A stretch of 64,000 nucleotides of DNA, from NCBI RefSeq assembly GCF_009914755.1, contig NC_060927.1; one strand, given 5' to 3'. The DNA comes from the human T2T-CHM13v2.0 reference genome, Homo sapiens. The notes below the pieces were generated by a model, which saw only the letters and a program-made list of their open reading frames with translations, did no database searches and was not told the origin of the DNA. Within the stretch, counting starts at the first letter, position 1. The number at the start of each line of letters is the position of its first letter. Positions 30,911 through 45,912 of this stretch are shown here, one piece after another. The position numbers and the translations under genes are program-made.

Positions 30911-31959
30911 ATCACCCTTTTCCAACTCCTCTATAGGCTAGTTGCTTTTTTGTTTGTTTTCCTTGTCCCTAGTGCAGACTTACTTTCCTGGCTTCTTTCA
31001 GGTCATAAAAATTCTCCTGGTAACTCAGCCACAAGAATGGTCTCAGTTCAGTAATTAAAATGTTCAATAAAATTTGAATGACACTCATAAAATTTGAGCC
31101 TCCCCACCCCCATCTTGTTGCTGCAGCAGACTGGAAAACCTAGGGGGTGGGGAGAAGGGATGGAAATACAGACGGCTGCTTCTTCCGTCTCCTTGCTCTC
31201 TGTCCACCCACACCCACCTTCTTAAACCCCCAATTAACTACCTCTGTGCTTTCAGGGTTGGATCAGGAAAAGGGAGGAGAGGTCATCAAGGTCCCACTTG
31301 GTAGGCACAGACACAGTCACCTATGGCAGCCTCTCGGTATGGCAGAATCCTGTTGCTCACTCTTTACTTCACTGGGTATTTTTGTGAATTTCAGGGAGAT
31401 ACTCCCCTTGGAACATCCAACTATGCTCCCATTGTGAAGGCAATGTCTCTCCTCAGGCTGGCCCTCTACAATTCTCTCCTCAGCCCCTGGCTATCTGGTG
31501 GCCACTCCCTTCCCTGTGGTCACATACCCCCTCCAGCCAGTTTTGGAATATGAGGTTGCCCCAGGCAAGCTTCTCCACAGGCCCACATCTGGCTCAGGAG
31601 AAACAGTCACCCACCCTTGCCTCACTGCTTGTGGATGTGCAGTTTGCTCCCAGTGCCCCTGCCCACTTCTCCCCTTTCCTCCCCACCTTCTCTAACCTGG
31701 ATGATTTGCACAGAGCTACTCGTACCAGTCCTTAATGCTCTTCAAACTCCAGAGGCACATTTAAACCTCGTCAGGTGGTTTCGATAAAGTATCCTTTTTA
31801 TTTGAGCTAAGGAGACAGGGATGCCACTATCTTTGCCTGGGAGAGAAGGAAAGAAACACCCAAGGCACTCCAACAATTCTCCAAAGAAAACAGGTCCCCC
31901 CTATTTTCCCCCTCATCACTAGCCCTCTTCTACTACTAATTCCCTCCCAGGTTAGATTT

Positions 31960-32590
31960 CATGGTACATACTTTCAGTAACCTCCTTGCCAATACCATAA
32001 ATTCTCTTGTCTATCTTTTCCTCACATCCATCTGGAAAAACCTCAATCCTGGATGAACTCAACAGCCCACACTCTCCATGCCTGCACCAAGGCAGCTGAG
32101 CCACTGGCAGCTGAAGTAAGAAACACAAAAGGGCAGGCTGAAAGAACTATAATTTTAAGGTCAGTCACTCTGGGCCCTCCACACTGCCAACAATGCTGTT
32201 ATAGTTATTTGGCCAGCTGGCTCTCTTAGTCTCTGCAAGAGCCATCTCAAGTCTTCCACACTCTCTTCAACCTCTAATCCCCTATTGTGCTGTTCATGCT
32301 CAGAAAATGCCTCACCTTTTATTTCTTGGAGACTACAAAATTAAATAACTTCTTCCCCCTAGCAAAGTTACTATCCAACCTATACCTTCACCCATCCTAT
32401 TCTCTTTCCCTCCTGTTAAAATAGAGAGGGTCTTAGTGCAAGACCAACTCCTCTGTTTCTTATTTGGATCCCATCCCCTCCCACCTTCTTAAGAAGCATA
32501 CGCCACTATCTCTTCTCCTAGCTTCAACCTCTGTCTTCTGGATTCTTATTAGTATCTAAAGACAGTAAAGTCTCCCCATCTTAACACATC
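31960..32590 (+). mobile_element. L2 LINE fragment, continuing the L2 at ~30310-30410
   Basis: aaaacctcaatcctggatgaactcaac; ggatcccatcccctcccaccttct. Confidence 0.6.
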
Positions 32591-32672
32591 TGTACACTTA
32601 GAATTACTTCATATATGAAAGTTATTTAACCATCCATATTACCCTATGAAGTAGATATTCTTTTAGCCCTAA

Positions 32673-33126
<454 letters not shown>

Positions 33127-33629
33127 TTATCTATTCTTTCTTTAGATTTTCTATTGCGTTGTCTTATCTCCTTATGATCTGCTTCCTTCCCACCCTCCCA
33201 CCCCTAACTTTTATTAAGATAAACTTGAAAGTGGCAGAAAAGCTGCAAGAATAATACAATGGGCTACCTATATAACCTTTTTCTAGATTCACACACATAA
33301 CTATGCATATATGCATATACACATACATACACAAAGGCAGTTACCCAATGACATGATTCAAATTTCGGTGACTATGCCTACTAAATGTAATTACACAAAG
33401 TACAAACTTCACTGCAAGAACTTCAGTCTGCCAACCATTATGTAATTAACAAATGTGCATCATCATCAATGACAGTGACCAATCATTCACTGCTTTGAAA
33501 ATCTGTCAGCAATTGATCACTGCACATCTGTTTTTCAGTTCATGCACAGACAGCAAGGCGTGAAATTGTGTTACTTCCTTGTCTCCCAGTGATAAACTCA
33601 CAAAATATTTTACAAAAATAGATATTAAA

Positions 33630-33947
33630 GGCCGGGCACGGTGGCTCATGCCTGTACTCCCAGCACTTTGGGAGGCCGAGGCAGGTGGATCACGAGGTCA
33701 GGAGTTCAAGACCAGCCTGGCCAACATGGTGAAACCCTGTCTCTACTAAAATTACAAAAATAAAATTAGCTGGGCATGGTGGCTCCTGCCTGTAATCCCA
33801 GCTACTCAGGAAGCTGAGGCAGGAGAATTGCTTGAACCGGGACCTGGGAAGCAGAGGTAGCAGTGAGCAAGATTGCACCACTGCACTCCAGCCTGGGCTA
33901 CAGAGCAAGACTCTGTCTCAAAAAAACAAAACAAAACAAAACAAAAC
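33630..33947 (+). mobile_element. AluS (Sg-like)
   Basis: ggatcacgaggtcaggagttcaag; (CAAAA)n tail; TSD ~agatattaaa. Confidence 0.93.
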
Positions 33948-34424
33948 AGATATTAAAAAGAGGAAATTGGCCAAGAAAAATGAAAGTGAAGGAAAAACAT
34001 GAAAAGTAGTAACACTGGAAGTGAAATTCAGATCAAACATAGAGTTACAGAAACGATAGTTGGCTATGGCAATGTTGACACTGTGATCATTAGAAAGACT
34101 CTAGGTATGCAGTCAGGGGAACTTAGTAAAGGTGGAATTATTGACATTAATGAAGAAAGTGGCTGTGACAAAAAAGGATGAAGATGTCCCAGAGGAAGTG
34201 ACATTGCCAAAAAACTTCACAAAAAAGTAGGTAGATTGATACAATTAGAAAATCTCTTTAGAAACATTTCACAACACTGAAAATGCAAAGGATAAAATAA
34301 TGTAAGCTAATCTAAACTTAGAAAGGAATATGATGATTTGTGAAAGTGGAGAAAAGATGCTTCATCCATAAGATAAGTTATATAATCAGAAGAAGCAACA
34401 CTGTTCAAATTATTCTTGGTAAGC

Positions 34425-34751
34425 TTTTTATTGTTGATGTTGTTTGTTTGATTGTTTGTTTGTTTTTGAGATGGGGTCTTGCTCTGTCACGCAGGCCGGA
34501 ATGCAGTGGCATGATCATGGCTCACTGCAACCTCTGCCTCCTGGGTGCAAGCCATACTCCCACCTCTGTTTCCTGAGTAGCTGGGACTACAGGCACACAC
34601 CACCATGCCTGGCTAATTTTTGTATTATTTTTGGAGACACAGTATTTCATCAGGTTGCCCAGGTTGGTCTCAAACTCCTGAGCTCAAGCAAACTGCCCAT
34701 CTTGGCCTCCCAAAGTGCTGGGATTACAGGTGTGAGCCAGCATGCCTGGCC
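34425..34751 (-). mobile_element. AluJ-like
   Basis: ggggtcttgctctg, gttgcccaggttggtctcaaactcctgagctcaagc; TSD ttggtaag. Confidence 0.9.
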
Positions 34752-35079
34752 TTTGGTAAGTTTTAACAAAGAAATAAAACACTTTAATCCTCAATATTTC
34801 TAATGTTTTAAATTACAGTGCACTAAATACAAATTAGTTTTGTGTTTTTTTTTTTTTTTTTTTTTTTACAATTTTCTGCATTTATGACTGACCGTAAGAG
34901 TGTTCTTAATGTTTTGGTAAACATTTTTAAAGGTGACAGAACAACTGTGATTTTCCCCATTGATTATTAAGATCACTTTGTAGTTTCAGCTTGCATGGTC
35001 ATTTTTATAATCTTGTACTACCATATCTTTTTACAGTCCTGCAAAGTGAAGACTGCATGCATATGTATAGATATAGATA

Positions 35080-36380
<1,301 letters not shown>

Positions 36381-36929
36381 AGATATTGCATTTGGATCAT
36401 TGTAAAAATAGTTTTAGACCAAGAAGAATGTTATCTTTCTTCAAGGAATTTTTATAGGTGCTTCTGGTAAGAGATTAAGGCCAGTAGCAATCCTACATCA
36501 CCTTAATTCAATCCAGTTGGAAGGCCTCAGAGAATATGAAGTGGGTGGTTCAACCCTCCAGGAGGGTTGGCCTATTTCTATGTTACCCTTACTCTCATGT
36601 AGTCCTTTGGGTCCCAACCCAAAACCTGACATCACTTCCCTTTACCTTCCTTGAACTTCAGTTTTATCTCCCTATCCTTGTTAGTCTGTTAAAATTTCTA
36701 TTCAGCTTCTCAGACTCCTCTTCGGAAAAGTGGTTCTAAATGCTCTACTCACCTCTCCGAGTTTCTTTCTCCCAGATATTATCCCAGATGTTGTCATGTT
36801 AACTCTCAGAGTAATTTTCAAAATATTTTGTCCAACTTTTGTGGTTTTACTTGGTAAGAGTGTTAGCCGAATTGCCTAATTCATTACTGGAAGTGAAAGT
36901 TCCCCTCATTACAGCTTTACTTTTAAAAA

Positions 36930-37410
36930 TTAAAATATAATCATGTCATTTTCCTAATTAAAGCACTTCAATGACATCCATTTTTCTTCAGAATTCTTAC
37001 TTAGGAGGCCTGAAGGTCTACATTCCCAAGTAATCTCCAGCCACTCTCCTTCTCACTTTCTATTTTGCAGACACAGTGGCTCTCTTTGGCATGCCACAAC
37101 TTCACAATTCTGGCTTTGCACTTAACATTCTGTCCCCTGACCACCATTAGCTGCTCCCACCCATATCCTTTTGACCTAGTTCATGCTTACTCCATCATCA
37201 GAGCCAACCAAATGTTTCTTCACCAGGAAAGACTTCTTCCAAAGCACTTATTAAAGTTTACGGTTGTAAGTTGATTTGAGTGGTTATTTGAGTTAATACG
37301 TCTTCTTCCATATGCAACACGAAGGCAGAGATCATGTCCGTTTTTTTCACTACTTGCGTGCCCAGCAACTACTTGTAGCAGACATTCAACAAAATAGAAG
37401 AATAAATAAA
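36930..37410 (+). mobile_element. L2 3' fragment
   Basis: gaaggcagagatcatgtc...gacattcaacaaaatagaagaataaat. Confidence 0.55.
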
Positions 37411-38439
37411 AATCATGTCAACCAACAAGTTCTTTTCTGGGTCACTTATCTGTGTAACCATACTATTTATTTTCACCAACTCCCTGTACCTAGGGTTCTG
37501 TCAATGCAGCTAACATTTCCTGCCTTTCAACTTGAGGTCTGATAAAAAGTTTTGGTTTCCATTTCTCTAATGCTGACATTTATTTCATTTCAATAGAGAG
37601 TTATTTTTAACCAAAGTAACATTGTTTTTTGGTGACTATGCAAAACTTTCAAACCAAGAGGTTATCTTTGTTTCAATGTAAACACACTGATAATTGAAAA
37701 AAAGCCATTCAGAGCCTTGATGTCTAATTTAGCTAACTCTTCAGAAAGTGAAAAATAAAAACCAAAGAGTCTCAGGCAGGTGATGAAGTAAAAATAATGC
37801 ATACACTAAATAATGCTGCAAGTGTTTTATTTGGCTTAGTATAGATTTCCCTGGTACCATAAATTTCCATCTGTTTTGCATTTGAAAATAAATGACAGCT
37901 GCTTCTTTAAAGTCTGTAGGCAAGAAGAATAATAGGAATGCTAATTGATACTATAAGTTTTTGTTTTAAGGCCAAATTTAGGCTTACATTACTAGAAGCT
38001 TGCATGAGCCTGTATCGATTTTTTATTTTCATATGCTTGGCCTGACTATTTTTTCTTTCTTTAGTCACATAACATACAAATATCAACTGTTTGATTTCTT
38101 TAGCCTCAAAGTCATTTCTTAGTCAGCTTCCCAGAATGGGGTCATGAGGTCACAATTGGGTAATGGGAACTTTAAATTCGCTCATGTTTATAGGGATTAC
38201 AGCTTCCTTCTGCTAGAGAAATGTGATATGAGTGGACACACTACTGGGCAACACTTCACTCCCAGACTTTGTGAAAATAAATCTCCCTCCTCTGCAAATG
38301 CAGAATATGGCCCACTGCTCCTCTTTTAAAAAACACACTTTTAAGACCTCCTAATTAACCTACATGTAAAATGGATGAATGAACATGTTTGCTATGTAAG
38401 TTTGACAGTGGGGACTTTCTTAGGTATGGTAGCAAGTGG

Positions 38440-39500
38440 CTCCAGCGTCTCCCCTAAACTTTAGATTTAATTATGCAATATCCTACTAACTTTCTCACTT
38501 AAATATCTAATATGTGTCAATCTTAACAAGTCCAAAACTACATTATTGTTTCTCCCTCTTCCCCAAAACATGTTCTTCCTACAATCTTCACCATCTAAGT
38601 GAAGGACAGATCCATTCTTCTAGTTGCTCAAGCCAAAAACTGAGGACTTATTTCTGGCTCTTCAGTTTCCCTCATACACCAAATCCACTCAGCTTTACCC
38701 TCAGCATGTGTCCAGAATCTAACCACCTCTCTCCATTATCATGATCCAGGCCACCATCATCTCTTGCTTGGTCTATTAACTAATCTTCCTGTGTTCACTC
38801 TTTCCATCCTCTCCACACAACACCAGAGTGATCCTTTTAAAAAGTAAATTATATAGATTTCTGTCTCAGGGTAAAATCCAAAGTCCTTACTATGGGCCAA
38901 GCCTAAAAGATTTTATGAAATCTGGCCTCTGGTCATCCCTTTGACCTCATCAACAGTACTCTTGTTCATTCCACTCCCATCAGACTGGCTTCTGTGATTT
39001 CCCTCTAACATGCCAAGCTTGTCCCTACACATGCTATTCCATCTACCTGGAATGCTCTTTCCCTAATAGCTGTGTGACTTATGCCTTCGTTTTCCTCAGG
39101 CTACTGCTTAAATGTTTTCTTTTTGGGGAGGCCTTCTAGTAACAGCACATCATATTTTTTAAAAACACTTCATTTCCTTTTCCACAGCACTCTCTAACAC
39201 CTTATGTAGAGTGACCACACATCTTGGTTTTTCCATGACAGTCCTGATTTCAGCTGTACTATATTGACATAATTGTGAATAATTATTCTCAAAGTGTCCT
39301 TTTTTGATAAAGTATGTGGTTGTCCTACCCTTACCATGTCTTATTTTATTTTTACAGCTTTCATCGCCACCTGATACCACCTGTCTTCCTCTTATTAGAA
39401 TGTTAAGAGTTGACCATTTATTTTATTCTCTACTGTATTCCTAGCACTTAGAAGTACCTAGAACACAAATGCTCAAGAGTATGTGTTGAATGAATAAGTG
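38440..39500 (+). mobile_element. L2 LINE 3' region
   Basis: ccaggccaccatcatctcttgcttgg; caccagagtgatccttttaaaa; acctggaatgctcttt; tgtgttgaatgaata. Confidence 0.8.
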
Positions 39501-39600
39501 AAGTCATTGATTACCTGATGTATGTCCAGTGCTCTACTGGGAACCAAAGAGGAGAAGACAAATACAACACAGTCCCTATTCAATGCATAAGGCCCATGAA

Positions 39601-39782
39601 ATTTAAATATATATATTTATATATAATAAATATATATATATTTATTATATAAATAAATATATATATTTATTATATATAATAAATATATTTATTTATTTAT
39701 ATAATAAATAACTATATTTATTAGTTATATAAATAAATATATTTATTATACAATATATATTATTTATATATATTTATTTAAA
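39601..39782. repeat. AT-rich low-complexity tract
   Basis: About 180 bp almost entirely A/T with internal palindromes. Confidence 0.95.
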
Positions 39783-40574
39783 GTGGCTCAAGTGATTCTC
39801 ATGTGCAGGCCAGTTTAAAAACCCAGGAGCTATCTGCCTAATGGAGGAGTCAGAGATGAAAGGCAGGTGAGCATCAGAATGATCTCTCTTTAGTGAATGG
39901 CTAGGATGTCCAGTCTGCCAAAATCACCATATTGAATTTGGACATCAACATGAAAACGTATGCTGTGTACAAGAGACTGCACAGTGAGGCTGCCAAGGGA
40001 TATTAATGAATTCAGTTCCTAAATTCTATTACTGTGCTGGGGAAAACAAAAACAAAAACCAAAAAAAAAAAAACAAAAACCTTCTTTACTATAAAAACAG
40101 AGTATTGGCTTTTCAGTGCCTGAATAGCAAAAGTGGGAACTCTTCATGGCCCAGAATGTCTTTGACAGTATAAGAAGTGGGGAGAAGAAAGCTTTCCCAC
40201 AGAGAACTGTGTCTGGGGCTGGATTAAAATGAGCACTCAGTCACAATTTATTTGTTGTAGGAAAGAGATTTGTAACCAAACCCATGCACCTAAACTCTAA
40301 TTATTTCCTCAGGATAAATTCATACAAGTAGAAGTGCTGTTAACTCACATGATCTCTGCACACGATTATCAAGATCTTTTAGTTGGGAATTCACTTGTTT
40401 TTTTGAGTAGAGGTTTTAAATTTTTTTTCTATTGGATTTTAGATGTACCCCAAGTAAAAAACAGCTGAGTCTCTTAACATTCTAAAGAATAATACTTCTA
40501 GCTACTTTAAGAAATCTGCTGATGGTAATCCTCTTCTCTGACAATATAGTTAGGCTTAATTCATCATCTCTATG

Positions 40575-40862
40575 CAACTGTTCCTCAGGGACATGGTTCC
40601 AGGAACCCCCAAGATACCAAAATCCGTGGATGCTCAAGTCCCCCATAGAAAATGGCATAGTATTTGCATACTATGCACATCCTTCTATCTACTTCAAGTA
40701 ATCTCTAGGTTACCTATACTACTTAATAAAATGCTATGTAAATAGTTATTATATTGTACTTTTATTTGCATTAATTTTTTATTGTTTTCTTTCCTAAATA
40801 TTTTTGATCTATGGTTGGATGAATCTGTGGATGTGGAGTGTGCAGATGCTGAGGGCTGACTG
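40575..40862. mobile_element. MER2 (TcMar-Tigger)
   Basis: ggttccaggaacccccaagataccaaaatccgtggatgctcaagtccc...gagggctgactg. Confidence 0.85.
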
Positions 40863-42043
40863 TATTTGGCCTTGCATGTAAATCTCTATTATGGCACTTA
40901 CCATGCTAGTGTGTTTGTTTTCCTACTTGGCCACACCCGTAAGCCACCTCCTCCCCACCCCCAAGTGTTTTAAAAGACTATGAGCTCTTAAAGCAGTAGT
41001 GCCTAGAGAATTTCTGCAAAGTGCAGATTCTCCTGACCTGTTCTCTGAGATTCAGGAGGACTACGGTGGGACTGGGGCATCTGCAGCAGGCTTTCCCAAG
41101 TGATTCTGGGTGGTCAGTACACAGACTTCCCTACAAGAAACTAACAAGTGGAGACTGTCTTAGTCACCATTGCATAACTACCGCTAGATAAATGTGTGTT
41201 GAATCAATTGATTGAATGATCAGGAAAACATCTGGGGATTTCTCTGAGGAAATCATCACATACAGACCTAAAGCCAGTTAGATCAGACAGTACTTTCAGT
41301 ATGTGCTGTAAGAATTACTCAACAGGTCCAAAACTGAAGGGGATTCAAGAGAATACTTGACTGTTAGGGATCTTGAGAAAACAAAACAGTCAAGCAGATG
41401 ATTAGGCAATTTACAAATGCAAATCTTAGATAATCAGAATAGTTTGTGATCTTGCTTAAGCATTTTAGAACTTGTCCTATTCACACTTTTATCTGTTTCA
41501 TTTTCTACTAGGCCTTTTAACCCTCACCTTTCCTAAACAGAAGCACTCTGGTGCCTTGTCAGAGGCAGAGAAAAAAGTGAGTTTCAAGAGGGAGGAAACT
41601 ATAACTGAGAGATATTTTTAAAACTTGGAAATGGTCTGCAAGCTGCATGTTCCATCACCTTATGAAAATATGAATTTTAAGTTTACATTTATCAAAGCAT
41701 GTTCATGACAGGCTCTAAACCAACCTACCTTTGAGGTTACCTTTAATTCATTAATTCACGTTTGTTAACTTCCCTACCTTGTTGCTTGACATATTCCCTA
41801 GGAGCATTTTCTAATCTTCTCTCGCCAACATCATATTTGAAGTAAATAAATTACACCCAAATCTTATCTTGTTCTAGAATCCCACGAGTGCAGAACTCCT
41901 TCTCAGGGAAATAGGAAATCTTCCTTTGGGTAAGTTCCAGGAGTTGGTTCATTATAACAACATCAAGACAGTATTTTTAATAATAAATTTTATAGGTTTA
42001 AAAACAACAGTACTTCAGTTGCCTAGAGAATAATAGTTTCATT

Positions 42044-42738
<695 letters not shown>

Positions 42739-43341
42739 TCTTTCACTTTAGATATATGAGATTCATGCACATACGCAATTTTGAGTTAAAGAATAAATTA
42801 CTCTTACATATACACTCATAGAAAATGTTATAGCTTGGACTTAGCTCTCTTAGATAAGGAGTTGTCAGTCTGCCATTTATGCAAGTTGGCTGTATTTCCC
42901 ATATACAGCATGGGGAATACTGTCTTTTAGTACAGCAAAGCTACTAAAGCCTTTGTTTTCAAATCTCAGGTTTTTCATTCTGCTCTGAGTCATGTTATTC
43001 ACAGTTTCCTTATGTGGTAACCAAAAATGATTATCTTTCCACAAGAAGGATGTTAGGAAATTAACTAACAATTATGAAAACAGAAAGCAATAGAATATTG
43101 GTATTTACATTTGATAGCACTTACTGTTAATGAAAATGAAAACCGGAGGCCTTGGGTCACTTGAAATTCAAGTAAGAAGGAATGGCTTTTATATTAATAA
43201 ACTGTTCATTGTAAGTACTCTACTGATAACTGATCAGTCATGCTAAAGGGAAATCCAGCAGATAAGAATGACAGAAATTATCAATAAAAGGAATTGGAAA
43301 TTAAAATATTTCCATTCTATAAGCATATTTAAAGATAATTT

Positions 43342-43638
43342 GGCCAGGCACAGTGGCTCATGCCTGTAGTCTAGCACTTTGGGAGGTCCACGCAGGTGGA
43401 TTGCTTGAAGCCAGGAGTTTGAGACCAGCCTGGCCAACATGGTGAAACCCTGTCTCTATTAAAAATACAAAAATCAGCTGAGCGCAGTGGCCCACACATG
43501 TAATCCAAGCTACTCAGGTGGCTGACGCAGGAGAATCACTTGAACCTGGAAGCAGAAGTTGCAGTCAAGATTACGCCACTGCACTCCAGCCTAGGGGACA
43601 GAGTGAGATCCTGTCTCAAAAAAAAGAAATTAAAAAAA
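43342..43638 (+). mobile_element. AluS
   Basis: Full Alu; TSD taaagataatt. Confidence 0.93.
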
Positions 43639-44050
43639 TAAAGATAATTAAATAGCTTATTAAATAGCTTAGAGTCACATATAAAAAGTATACACACATA
43701 TGCCATATATACATATATATTGCATGTACATGTGTCTTTTGTAGTTTTGAAGAGTGCTCAGGGAGGAGCCACATCTTATTCATCTATGTGTACTTATAAT
43801 ATTTAGTCCAGTTACTAGAATGTAGTAGATACGCAGTGAATAAGTTATGAAAAAAAGTGAACATGTGCAATTAGAATGAACTAAATAAGCAAAAAATACT
43901 ATAATTACTTGGAATATTGAACAGCTATTTGTTTAAAAGACAATATTAACATGGAAAGCTGTTTATGACATAATGTTAGGTAAAATAATATAGAAAAATA
44001 CCTTGAATAAATAAGACAGATTATAACTATATCAAAGTGTTAAAATGAGA

Positions 44051-44393
<343 letters not shown>

Positions 44394-44559
44394 TAATTAA
44401 CATGTTTCTTAATCTTACAATGATTTGGTATATTTACAGAATTATCAGGAAATGTTATAGGAGTTGTATTGCTTTGTGACAGCTCTTGTATTTCTGACAT
44501 ACCAACTCACATTACTATCTAACTGGTAGAGCCTAGAAGACTAGTTAGGAGACATGATA

Positions 44560-45010
44560 GTTTATTAGCTAAGAATGTGTTCATATATACATAACAGATA
44601 ACAGTTTAATAAAATTGGGATTTACTTTCTAAACATATTAAGTCTAGAGGCAGCCAGTCTAGGATGGCTGCAGCAGTTTCAAGATGTCATGAGTAACCCA
44701 GGTTCCATCTTTCTGCCCCAGCATCCTTAGCTTGTTGCTTCCATCTTTGTATTTTCCACATCATATTCACCTTCATTTTTGTCATGAAACTCCATCTCCA
44801 TCCTGTTATTACTCTAGAAGAAAGAAAAAAAGGAAGAAATTCAAGGGGTGACTCTATTAGGAAAGGAAACGCTTTTCCAGAAATCTCAAGCATGTGTCTA
44901 GAAGTGTATCCCATGGCCATCCATAACCCCATGGGCTCTAGGGAAATGAATTTTTCAGCTAGGCACACTGTCATCCCTCCTTCAAAAAAAGATGGGCCAC
45001 ATCCGAGGTA
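44560..45010 (-). mobile_element. MLT1J/K-like LTR
   Basis: aagtctagaggcagccagtctaggatggctgcagcag...cccaggttccatctttctgccccagcatccttagc...ctagggaaatgaatttttcagctaggcaca. Confidence 0.6.
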
Positions 45011-45307
45011 GAGATTGTAGAGGATACCTTTTCTGGAGCAGTAGAACTTCAACAGTCTGAGGGGCCTAAATCCAAGATTTTGAGTCCAGAATTTGGTGCC
45101 ACTTTTCCCTTCGAGGCAATTAACATTCAGAAAGCAGTAATGGAGAGAGGCTGAGAAACTAGCCAGAGTTTTCAACTGCCTCAAGGGGAGTGGGTGTGGG
45201 ATTGGGTGGGTAAAAATATTGAGTTCAGGACCTAAGGAGGAAAGATTTTAAGTTGGAACTGGGCTATACCCTGGAAGTAACTTTTAATTATTCTCTTGAT
45301 TGGATTA

Positions 45308-45912
45308 AGGTGGTCTGTCCCTAGTCTAAATGACTACCAATATGTCACACCTCCCAATATTCACAATCTTGTGTAGTTCCTCCCCACACTGACGCTGAGC
45401 TTGGCCATGAGACTTGCTTTGGCCAGTGACACATTAGTAAGCATGATAAAAGTAAAGGCTTGCACATTGAGGCTTGTCTTTTTGGAATGTCCCCTCTTGC
45501 AATCCTAAGATTATGATGCTGTGAGGAAGCCTAAATTAGCCATATGGAGAAGCCATGTAGAGAAAAACCAAGGTATGTAGCTAACAGCCTTCTTTCTGTT
45601 CCAGCATCCTTAGCTCGTGGCTTCCATGTCCATATTTTCCACATCATGTTCACTTCATTTTTGTCATGAAACTCCATCTCCATCCTTAAGTCCCAAGACT
45701 TATGACCCTAGTTAAGCCATTCCAGCCAGGCCCCAGTATGCCCACGCTAATTGAAGCCCCAGACATCATGGAGCAGAAATGAGCCACCTGTACTATGCCC
45801 TGACTGAATTCCTGTGCCAGAGAATTCAGAATCATGAGTAAATAAAAGAGCCATTGTTTTAAGTCATTATATTTTGGGGGTGGTTTGAACACAGCAATAA
45901 ATAACTGAAATA
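45308..45912 (+). mobile_element. MLT1F/G-like LTR
   Basis: gcttggccatgagacttgctttggcca...cccagacatcatggagcaga...ccattgttttaagtcattatattttggggg...acagcaataaataactga. Confidence 0.75.

Larger units (their letters stand above)
33335..35057. mobile_element. TcMar-Tigger DNA transposon (Tigger6/MER82-like) interrupted by two Alus
   Basis: Terminus ttcagcttgcatggtcattttta...gcaaagtgaagactg; internal cagtgaccaatca...cttgtctcccagtgataa. Confidence 0.6.

Noticed and set aside
30523-30941. Four overlapping ORFs
   Set aside because: All derive from the MSTA LTR
44687-45184. 165-aa minus-strand ORF
   Set aside because: Largely within a decayed MLT1 LTR, non-ATG start, no recognisable domain
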